From Myxococcota bacterium (GTDB lineage Bacteria > Myxococcota_A > Polyangia > HGW-17): a DNA stretch of 64,000 bases. The stretch is taken from positions 43,989 through 107,988 of the forward strand of contig JAHITJ010000208.1 of assembly GCA_018817795.1 (NCBI GenBank), given 5' to 3'. Positions 45,637 to 53,143 of this stretch are shown here, piece by piece (position 1 is the first letter of the stretch; every line of letters begins with the position of its first letter). A model generated the notes under the pieces. That model was not told the DNA's origin. It searched no databases and saw nothing but the letters and a program-made list of their open reading frames with translations. The translations under genes and the position numbers were made by a program.

Positions 45637-46884
45637 ATGCCCTACACCCTGGATGAAAACGTGACCGGAGAAGCCCGCATTAAAATCATCGGAGTTGGTG
45701 GAGCCGGCGGCAACGCCGTCAACAACATGCTCTCCAACCATCTCGACAGCGTGCAGTTCTACGCAGCCAACACGGACCGTCAGGCCCTCGAGAAGAGCCT
45801 GGCCGGCACCAAGCTCCAGCTCGGCGACAAGATCACCTCCGGCCTGGGCGCGGGCGCCAATCCCGAAGTCGGCCGCAAGGCCGCCGAGGAGAGCGCCGAA
45901 CTGATCCGCAACGCGGTCTCGGGGGCTGACATGATCTTCATCGCAGCGGGCATGGGTGGCGGCACCGGAACAGGTGCGGCTCCGGTCATCGCCCGCATCG
46001 CCAAGGAGACCGGCGCCCTGACCGTGGGCGTGGTGACCAAGCCCTTCCGCTTCGAGGGCAAGCGCCGCATGCGCCAGGCCGAGGAGGGTATCTCGGCACT
46101 GCAGGACGAGGTCGACGCCCTGATCGTCATACCGAACGACAAACTGTTGTCGCTTTCGGCGAACATCAGCATTCTCGACGCCTTCTGCCGCGCCGACGAA
46201 GTCCTTCTCAACGCAGCGCGCGGCATCACGGACCTGATCCTGGAGAGCGGCTACATCAACGTCGACTTCATGGACGTCCGCTCGGTGATGTCCAACAAGG
46301 GGCGCGCCCTGATGGGGATCGGCGTGCACAAGGGCGACCACGCCGCCGTCGAGGCCGTGCGCAACGCCATCTCCTCCCCGCTGCTCGAGGATGTATCCAT
46401 CGAGGGAGCCACCGGCGTGCTCGTCAACATCACCTGCTCGCCCAACCTCTCACTGCAGGAGATCTCCGAGGCTGCAATGCTGATCGAAGACGTGGCCAAC
46501 GAGGATGCCAACGTCATCTGGGGTTCTGTCGTGGACCCGAACCTGCAGAACGAGGTGCGCGTGACGATCATCGCCACGGGCTTCGACCAGACCATCGCCC
46601 CGGCCAAGACCGCGCCCAGCCGCGAACTGATCACCACCAACACCTCGATCAAGCAGCAACAGATGTCTCTGCCGTACACCGCCACTGCGCCATACGGACA
46701 TCGGGAATCCGATTCCGGGCCGCGCAACGCCTACTCCACCTCGGAGGTTCCCCGCGTCTCCCCGTCCCAGGAAATGCAGCACCAGGACCACCCGCGGGTC
46801 GCCCAGGTCCCGTACTCCAAGCCAGACTACCTTAAAAAATTGGAGATGGCCCAATCCCTGCCTCCCATGCCGCCAGGTCAATAG
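45637..46884 (+). CDS. ftsZ: Cell division protein FtsZ
   Basis: IGVGGAGGNAVN, AGMGGGTGTGAAP, TKPFRFEG, INVDFMDV, VTIIATGF. Confidence 0.98.
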   Translation: MPYTLDENVTGEARIKIIGVGGAGGNAVNNMLSNHLDSVQFYAANTDRQALEKSLAGTKLQLGDKITSGLGAGANPEVGRKAAEESAELIRNAVSGADMIFIAAGMGGGTGTGAAPVIARIAKETGALTVGVVTKPFRFEGKRRMRQAEEGISALQDEVDALIVIPNDKLLSLSANISILDAFCRADEVLLNAARGITDLILESGYINVDFMDVRSVMSNKGRALMGIGVHKGDHAAVEAVRNAISSPLLEDVSIEGATGVLVNITCSPNLSLQEISEAAMLIEDVANEDANVIWGSVVDPNLQNEVRVTIIATGFDQTIAPAKTAPSRELITTNTSIKQQQMSLPYTATAPYGHRESDSGPRNAYSTSEVPRVSPSQEMQHQDHPRVAQVPYSKPDYLKKLEMAQSLPPMPPGQ

Positions 46885-46925
46885 ATAAATTAAAAAACAA
46901 TTTACAAAAATTGCGGATTTTCAGC

Positions 46926-46953
46926 TTGACCTCCGGTCAGGATTGATTATAAC
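46926..46953 (+). promoter_or_regulatory. Putative sigma-70 promoter with overlapping palindrome
   Basis: TTGACC-N16-TATAAC; TGACC-TCC-GGTCA inverted repeat at 46927-46939 overlaps the -35 box. Confidence 0.5.
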
Positions 46954-47017
46954 GACCCTCGGTTTTCCGGATGGAAGCATCCGTATCCATATCCTTTAAT
47001 GGAAGGTTTATTATCCC

Positions 47018-47311
47018 ATGGCAAAAAACCAGACTCGTCGTTCCATCTCTGTCCGCGGTGAACTGTACGACCGGATTCACGAATACTGCGAAACCAACAA
47101 CGTCAGCATGAGTTCGTTCGTGGAAAACCGGATTTCCTCGTTTCTCAACGGTTCCCTGATGGATGAACAGCCCCCGCTGCCGTACGTGGAAGAGTACGAG
47201 CCCTTCTCCGCCGGAGAAGCCCCCTCGCACCCCACGACGACCCAGGCAAACCGTCCCGTGCTGTCACACTCCGAGATGGCGTCCGAAATCCAGCAGCACT
47301 TCACGTTCTGA
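47018..47311 (+). CDS. Small ribbon-helix-helix-like DNA-binding protein
   Basis: TRRSISVRGELYDRIHEYCETNNVSMSSFVENRI fits the strand-helix-helix pattern; disordered tail ending HFTF. Confidence 0.7.
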   Translation: MAKNQTRRSISVRGELYDRIHEYCETNNVSMSSFVENRISSFLNGSLMDEQPPLPYVEEYEPFSAGEAPSHPTTTQANRPVLSHSEMASEIQQHFTF

Positions 47312-47336
47312 GAACCGACCTTCCCAAGGAGACTCC

Positions 47337-48452
47337 ATGCGTTGTCTGAAACCGGGGTGGTGTTTTCCTCTGTTGATTATCCTGACCGCGTGGCCGCTTC
47401 TGTTCTCCGGATGTAAAAAGAAAGATCCCGCACAGTTGGAATCCGGCAAGTGGGTGGCGCGCAACCTTCAGTGCGCCAGGGAGACGCTCGACGACTTGGA
47501 GAAGCGTGTCCTGCAGAAAGTCTCCGACGCCGACAAGTTGATGAAGGAGCTGCAGGAACACCTGCTCAAGCACCAGTGTCCGGTCGGCAAGCACCCCGAC
47601 TGCATCCCGGGCGCCGGCATCAGCGCGGTGGCGACGCTCATCAGCGCGGCCCGCCTTTCGCCCGAGGCCGACGAGACCGAACCCGAAATCCAGGAGAAGA
47701 CCGACGACACCGGCGAACCCGAAATCAAGGATCCTGATTCGCTGGACGCCGAGGGCCTGTCCGCGGCGAAACTGGCCCGAAAGAACCGGATCGTCAAGGA
47801 AGAGATGGGGGAAGCCATCGAGGAAAAGAAACCGGAGGGTCTGCCCGGAGATGCACCCGCGTCCGAGGTCGAACCCGGACCCGAGGAGATCGCCCGCAAG
47901 GCCGGCTGCGGCATGGAAGTCCCCGAATCCTGCACCTTCCTGACGCAGGACACGGTCGTCTCCAAACTGACCATGCTCCTGGAGCAGGCAGCCCAGCTCG
48001 AGCAGGAAGTGCAGCGGTTCCTGTCGGCCACCGGACAACGGTTCGCCGACCTGCCGGTTCAGGAACTGTTCGAAGGCATGCGGACGATGGAGAGCCAGAT
48101 CCACGAACTGGTTACGCGCGAGGAGCTCGCCCTTCGCCGCAAGGGCGACGACGAGGCCTTCTACCGGTCCCTGCACCCCCAGATCATCAAGGGAATCCTC
48201 AGCGATCTGTCCCTTTCCGTCCCCAAAAAAATCCAGGCTGATCTGAAACTGCTGATTCCGATGATCCGGAAGTCTTCGAAGTTCTTTGATGAACATGAGC
48301 CCGAGTGGAACCAGAAAGTCGGCGCTGCGATTCGGCATCTGCACAAATCCCAGCGCGTACACGCCAACGCGTGCCTGGATCGCCCGAACTGCTGGCAGTT
48401 CAGGCAGTGCGTAAAACGCTACAATCTTCCCGGCATCCTGATGCTGGAGTAA
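47337..48452 (+). CDS. Hypothetical lipoprotein
   Basis: AAGGAG RBS, LFSGCKKK lipobox, helical and acidic, several Cys pairs. Confidence 0.75.
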   Translation: MRCLKPGWCFPLLIILTAWPLLFSGCKKKDPAQLESGKWVARNLQCARETLDDLEKRVLQKVSDADKLMKELQEHLLKHQCPVGKHPDCIPGAGISAVATLISAARLSPEADETEPEIQEKTDDTGEPEIKDPDSLDAEGLSAAKLARKNRIVKEEMGEAIEEKKPEGLPGDAPASEVEPGPEEIARKAGCGMEVPESCTFLTQDTVVSKLTMLLEQAAQLEQEVQRFLSATGQRFADLPVQELFEGMRTMESQIHELVTREELALRRKGDDEAFYRSLHPQIIKGILSDLSLSVPKKIQADLKLLIPMIRKSSKFFDEHEPEWNQKVGAAIRHLHKSQRVHANACLDRPNCWQFRQCVKRYNLPGILMLE

Positions 48453-48478
48453 TCATCCAACGGCATTCGGAGGTCGTA

Positions 48479-49213
48479 TTGTTCTGTGTCCCAACATCCA
48501 AAGTCCGTCACCTGGTCGGTTCCTTCACCCGCGGCATGGAACTGCCGACAGCCTTTTCGCGGCTGTTCACCGAGCACCAGATCCGCTCGGGCCACCTGCA
48601 CATGATCGGCCAGCTCGACGCGTTCACCGTGCAGACGGATCCGCGCACCACCCCGCTGACGTTGAACGCTCCTGCACTGATCCTGCACTGCGAAGGTTTC
48701 ATCACCGATGTCGACGGCAAGGTGGAGACGCGCCTGATGACCACCCTGCAGTTTGCGGGAACCCTGGGACCTCAGATCGTCGGCGGCCTTCTGGTTTCCG
48801 CCCGCATCCTCTCCTGCGAGTTCCGGATCGAGGCCTTCGACGACGTCTTCATCGTGAAGAAGACCGATCCGAAGTCCTTTCCGATCTGGGTCGACTGCTT
48901 CACCGAAGCCGACGACGACGAAAGGACTTCCCTGGCGGCCGATGCCCAGCCCGAGCCGGAGTCCCCGACCCTGGTCACGGATCCCTCCAGCACCGATGAC
49001 ATTCCAACGCACCCTGGTCCCGGAGACATCGTAGAGCACTTCAAGTTCGGGGCCTGCCGCGTGCAGAAGGTCGACACCGGCGACATGCTCGAGGTTTGGC
49101 TTCCGAGCAAGAACAAGGCCCGCCTGAGCATGCAGGTCCTCCACTTCGACTTCCTCCGGGAGGAGGAGGACGGAACGCGGTATTTCCACGCCCGCCCCAT
49201 GAAGACTCGGTGA
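48479..49213 (+). CDS. PPC/DUF296-like domain fused to a C-terminal Tudor/SH3-like domain
   Basis: GGAGG then TTG at 48479; GSFTRGMEL...HQIRSGHLHMIGQL...CEGFI...IVGGLLVSARI matches the PPC layout; C-terminal PGDIVEHFKFGACRV. Confidence 0.65.
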   Translation: MFCVPTSKVRHLVGSFTRGMELPTAFSRLFTEHQIRSGHLHMIGQLDAFTVQTDPRTTPLTLNAPALILHCEGFITDVDGKVETRLMTTLQFAGTLGPQIVGGLLVSARILSCEFRIEAFDDVFIVKKTDPKSFPIWVDCFTEADDDERTSLAADAQPEPESPTLVTDPSSTDDIPTHPGPGDIVEHFKFGACRVQKVDTGDMLEVWLPSKNKARLSMQVLHFDFLREEEDGTRYFHARPMKTR

Positions 49214-49220
49214 ACCGGAC

Positions 49221-49895
49221 ATGGACTCCTCGGCCCGGTTTCAGCAGGAACTCGTCGCAGGCAACCTCGATCTTGTCCGCAAGATTGCAGGTGAGATACA
49301 CCGCCTGGTTCATCGCAGGATCGAGATCGACGAGTTGATCAACATGGGCACCGTTGGTCTGATCGAGTCCGCCCGCCGCTACGATCCACAACGGGGGTTC
49401 CAGTTCTCCACCTTTGCCTATTACCGCATCAAAGGTGCCATCCTCGACGGCGTCCGGCGACAATGGTTCCAGATCGGCCAGGCCTCCGGACTGCAGGCCG
49501 AGGAGACCGCCAACGCCTACATGCAGGAAAAAAGCATTCCGCTGCAATTGGGGACGCCCAACCCCTCCACCGCCGAACTGGTCGATCGGATGTCCACCAC
49601 CCTGTCCGGACTGGCCACCTGTTTCCGGCTGTCGTCCGAGAAGATCGACACACTGGCCGACGAAACCGGGCAGGACGGCTACGAGGCGGTCGAACGCAAC
49701 TCTGAGCTTGCCTGGATCTCCCGGCAGGTGGAGCAACTGCCCCCCGAACTGGCCGAGGTAATTCGTGCCGTCTATCATGAGGGTCTTTCGCTGGATGAAT
49801 TCGCACGCCGGAAGGACAAGTCCAAGAGTTGGGCCAGCCGGCTGCACTCGCGGGCCATCGACCAGCTCCGGCACTGGACGGGGTATGTCGCATGA
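49221..49895 (+). CDS. RNA polymerase sigma factor, FliA/WhiG-like
   Basis: NLDLVRKIA, ELINMGTVGLIESARRYDP, FSTFAYYRIKGAILDGVR, region 4 SWASRLHSRAI. Confidence 0.9.
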   Translation: MDSSARFQQELVAGNLDLVRKIAGEIHRLVHRRIEIDELINMGTVGLIESARRYDPQRGFQFSTFAYYRIKGAILDGVRRQWFQIGQASGLQAEETANAYMQEKSIPLQLGTPNPSTAELVDRMSTTLSGLATCFRLSSEKIDTLADETGQDGYEAVERNSELAWISRQVEQLPPELAEVIRAVYHEGLSLDEFARRKDKSKSWASRLHSRAIDQLRHWTGYVA

Positions 49896-50536
49896 ACCCT
49901 GAACTCTCCATCCGGCAGGAAGTCTTCATCGATCTGAGAAGAACCTTCACCGAGACGATCGGGGAGGTCGCGTTTTCCCGCTTCATGTCGCTGCTGCCCA
50001 CGACGCTCAAGATGGTTCTCTCCCGGGACGACGACCCCGATGCCTGGGTCCCTGCTCGGGAGTTCTCCATCCTTCTGGCCGCCGTCGACATGCAGGTTCA
50101 CCCCATGCTGAGCGACTTCGGCGCAATGTGGGGGCATCAGTTCGTCCTCAACCGCGCCCGAGAGTTCGTCGGCGATCTGACGCCGACCCAGATCGACTCA
50201 CTGGTTCACATGTTCCACCAGAAGCGTTCCAACGCGATCCTGCACGTCGCTGCCCGGTTGCAGAAGGGGATGGAGATGCTTCCGCGATGGTTCTTCCCGC
50301 TCGACGTGGCCGTAGACGAGCGCGTCTCCCCTTCCCAGTTGGCGTTCAACGCGCAAGCCAGGCCGGTCAACCTGCCCCTGTTCTGCAATGTGCTTTCCGG
50401 CCTCGCCGGCGGCATCCTCGCGGCCCACCACATCCCGTTTTTGCGCATCCATGAGGAGTTCTGCATGACCGCAGGACACATGGCTTGTTCTTTCGTGATA
50501 CTCTTCGAGCCCGAGACGCCCCTGTCGTTTTTCTAG
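49892..50536 (+). CDS. V4R-like domain protein
   Basis: ATGA overlap with the sigma gene; FCNVLSGLAGGIL...HEEFCMTAGHMACSF is the V4R Cys pattern. Confidence 0.7.
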   Translation: MNPELSIRQEVFIDLRRTFTETIGEVAFSRFMSLLPTTLKMVLSRDDDPDAWVPAREFSILLAAVDMQVHPMLSDFGAMWGHQFVLNRAREFVGDLTPTQIDSLVHMFHQKRSNAILHVAARLQKGMEMLPRWFFPLDVAVDERVSPSQLAFNAQARPVNLPLFCNVLSGLAGGILAAHHIPFLRIHEEFCMTAGHMACSFVILFEPETPLSFF

Positions 50537-50652
50537 TTTTCGCCCCATCAGGTTCTCCTGTGACATCCTTGTTCCTGGAATCTGACGCTTGATATTGATC
50601 ACGCACGCAGAGTATACTCGCTGGCCTGACGGCCAGGCCGGGAGGGAAGCCA

Positions 50653-51972
50653 ATGAAGGTCACCTACAAATCACTCAAGGATTTCGCGTTCGCGCACTAT
50701 GCGCAGGGTCATGTCGAGCAGGCCCTGGGCAGCCTCGTGGCAGCCTACCACGCCGATCCTCTGGACCTGGAGATCCGGTTTCTGACCGTTGACATCCTGA
50801 CCCACCTGCAGGTGCTCGAGCCGCTGGAAAAAGTGCTGGTTTACTCGGCCGAGATCGCCATGCGCTCGGGGCATCCCATCGCCGCGATGGCCTTCCTGCA
50901 CCTGATCGAAAAGCTCGGCAAGGACGCCGACCCGCTCTGGAAACGCCTTGCCTACCTTTATTCGGCAAACTCCACACAACTGTCTCAGAGTGGATCCAAG
51001 GTGGCGCCGCTGCCCGACGAGACCCCCGTCGACGGGCCCGCCGAGACGATGCCTCCCCTGCCCGAGCTGGTCGCACAGGTCACAGCGCTGGCCCAGACGA
51101 TCACCAGGAGTGAGGATTTTCCCGCCACCCTGCTGCCGATGCCGCTGCTGTCGGACGTGCCGGCCCACCACTTTGTCGAGGTCGCACGGGTGCTGCATCT
51201 GGTTTCCATGACACCCGGACAGGCACTGATCCGTGAGGGTGAACCCGGCAACTCCTTTTTCATGATCGGGACCGGTGCATTCTCGGTGTTCAAGACGGAT
51301 GCGCTGGGTCGCGTCACTCCCCTGGCGACATTGCATGCGGGATCGATCGTGGGCGAGATGGCCCTGGTCCAGCGCGCGCCCCGCTCGGCCTCGGTCACGG
51401 CTCAGACCTGGGCGCGGGTGCTGGAGTTCCCGGCCGAGGCCATCGCCCGTCTGGCCGAGCACCTCGAACAGGTGGCCATCGCCCTGGACAAGTTCACACG
51501 GGAGCGCCTGATCGGCAACCTCCTGGCCACCAGCCCGCTGTTCAAGCCCTTCTCGCGCACCCAGCGCATGGACCTGCTCAAGCACTTCCAGGCCTACGTG
51601 GTGGAGACCGACACGGTGATCGTTCGGCAGGGCGAGGAAGGCACCGGACTTTACCTGATCCTCGGTGGTGAGGTCGAGGTCATGCGGGATCTCGACACGC
51701 CGCAGTCGGTCTCCCTTGCGACCCTCTCGGCACCGGAGAACTTCGGAGAGATCAGCCTGCTGCTCGGCTCCGAGACCACGGCCTCGGTCGTGGCCACCCG
51801 GCGAACCACCCTGCTGTTCCTGTCGCGCCATTATTTCCTGCGCCTGATGCAGTCCGTCCCGGAGATGCGCGATTACTTCTCGCAGTTGGCCGACAGCCGG
51901 CTGAGCCAAACCCAGGAAACCCTGGCCGCCCAGACGGCCATCCATGACGAAGAAGAAATCATCCTGATCTGA
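50653..51972 (+). CDS. Tandem cyclic nucleotide-binding domain protein
   Basis: LIREGEPGNSFFMI...GEMALVQRAPRSASV and IVRQGEEGTGLYLI...FGEISLL...TTASV; helical N-terminus. Confidence 0.9.
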   Translation: MKVTYKSLKDFAFAHYAQGHVEQALGSLVAAYHADPLDLEIRFLTVDILTHLQVLEPLEKVLVYSAEIAMRSGHPIAAMAFLHLIEKLGKDADPLWKRLAYLYSANSTQLSQSGSKVAPLPDETPVDGPAETMPPLPELVAQVTALAQTITRSEDFPATLLPMPLLSDVPAHHFVEVARVLHLVSMTPGQALIREGEPGNSFFMIGTGAFSVFKTDALGRVTPLATLHAGSIVGEMALVQRAPRSASVTAQTWARVLEFPAEAIARLAEHLEQVAIALDKFTRERLIGNLLATSPLFKPFSRTQRMDLLKHFQAYVVETDTVIVRQGEEGTGLYLILGGEVEVMRDLDTPQSVSLATLSAPENFGEISLLLGSETTASVVATRRTTLLFLSRHYFLRLMQSVPEMRDYFSQLADSRLSQTQETLAAQTAIHDEEEIILI

Positions 51973-51990
51973 ACCGTCCGCCGGAGTCCC

Positions 51991-53067
51991 ATGCCCAGAC
52001 TCAAGAAAAGCCAGATTTTCAACATCGTCGTATTCCTCCTCGGCACCGTGGTCATCATCACGCTGATCCGCAACATCGGATGGAGCCAGACCCGGGAGCA
52101 CCTCTCCCGCACGGGCTGGAACTACTTCTGGCTGTTCCCGATTTACCTCATCACCATGTTTGGTGACACGATCTCCTGGCGCCTGCTGATCCGCAAGCCC
52201 GTGTCGATGATCCGGGTCATGCTCATCGCCAACTCGGGCACCGCGATCAATGCGCTGACGCCATCCGGAGACGGTGGCGAGTTCGTCAAGGGAAATCTAA
52301 TCGGTCCAATCATCGGCGCCCCCGAGGCTGTCTCCTCGCTTTTGCTGTGGAACTTCCTGTACGCGGTGACCAAGAAGATCGTCACGGTCGCCGGGCCGCT
52401 GCTGTACCTCCTCTTCGGTCCGTTCGCGGCCGATCCGAAGCCCATCGAAACCGTCGTGGTCCTGTGGTTTCTCGGACTCGGCGCGTTGACGGCGCTGTAC
52501 CTTCCACTGGCGTATTTCCTCGTCACGCGGATCGGCGTCGAGCGTATTGCGAAGCGGCTGCACCGCCTGTGGCTTGTACGCCGGCTGGACCTGTCCAAGG
52601 TGGAGACGTTCTCGCGGCAGCTCGATGAGACCTTCCGGGACTTCGGGCGCAACTTCCGGCTGAGGCTCGTGGGTGCCGCCGTGCTGCTGCTCGTGATGCA
52701 CCTGAGCGTCTGCTTCGAGATCTGGTTCGTGCTGGGACTGTTGGGAGTGGACGTGTCTCTGGGGACCAGCGTGTTTCTCTTCACGGGAAGCTCGCTGCTG
52801 CAGACGGTGGTGTCGCTCTCGCCCGTGGAGATGGGCGTCACCGAGGCCGGCAGCATGGGCCTTTACCAGTGGATCGGCTTTGAACCCGTGTATGGCTTCA
52901 TGCAGGAGTTCCTGCGCCGCCTGCGACGGCTGGTGTTCAACATCCTCGGTCTGGTCTACCTGGGATACTGTGCGGTCTATCCCTATGAGCCGCCCAAACA
53001 GATCGAGGAGACCCCCGAACCGGGGTCCGGGCCCGCACCTGAATCAGGGCCCGCACCCGAAGCGTAA
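51991..53067 (+). CDS. Lysylphosphatidylglycerol synthase TM / flippase-like membrane protein
   Basis: Multi-TM; SWRLL, INALTPSGDGGEFVK, SPVEMGVTEA. Confidence 0.85.
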   Translation: MPRLKKSQIFNIVVFLLGTVVIITLIRNIGWSQTREHLSRTGWNYFWLFPIYLITMFGDTISWRLLIRKPVSMIRVMLIANSGTAINALTPSGDGGEFVKGNLIGPIIGAPEAVSSLLLWNFLYAVTKKIVTVAGPLLYLLFGPFAADPKPIETVVVLWFLGLGALTALYLPLAYFLVTRIGVERIAKRLHRLWLVRRLDLSKVETFSRQLDETFRDFGRNFRLRLVGAAVLLLVMHLSVCFEIWFVLGLLGVDVSLGTSVFLFTGSSLLQTVVSLSPVEMGVTEAGSMGLYQWIGFEPVYGFMQEFLRRLRRLVFNILGLVYLGYCAVYPYEPPKQIEETPEPGSGPAPESGPAPEA

Positions 53068-53143
53068 CCCGGCGACCTTCCATTCCCCCCAAAAAAGGGC
53101 TCTCAATCATTCCAGGTTAGCCTGACAAGGCCCGGGCGGGACT

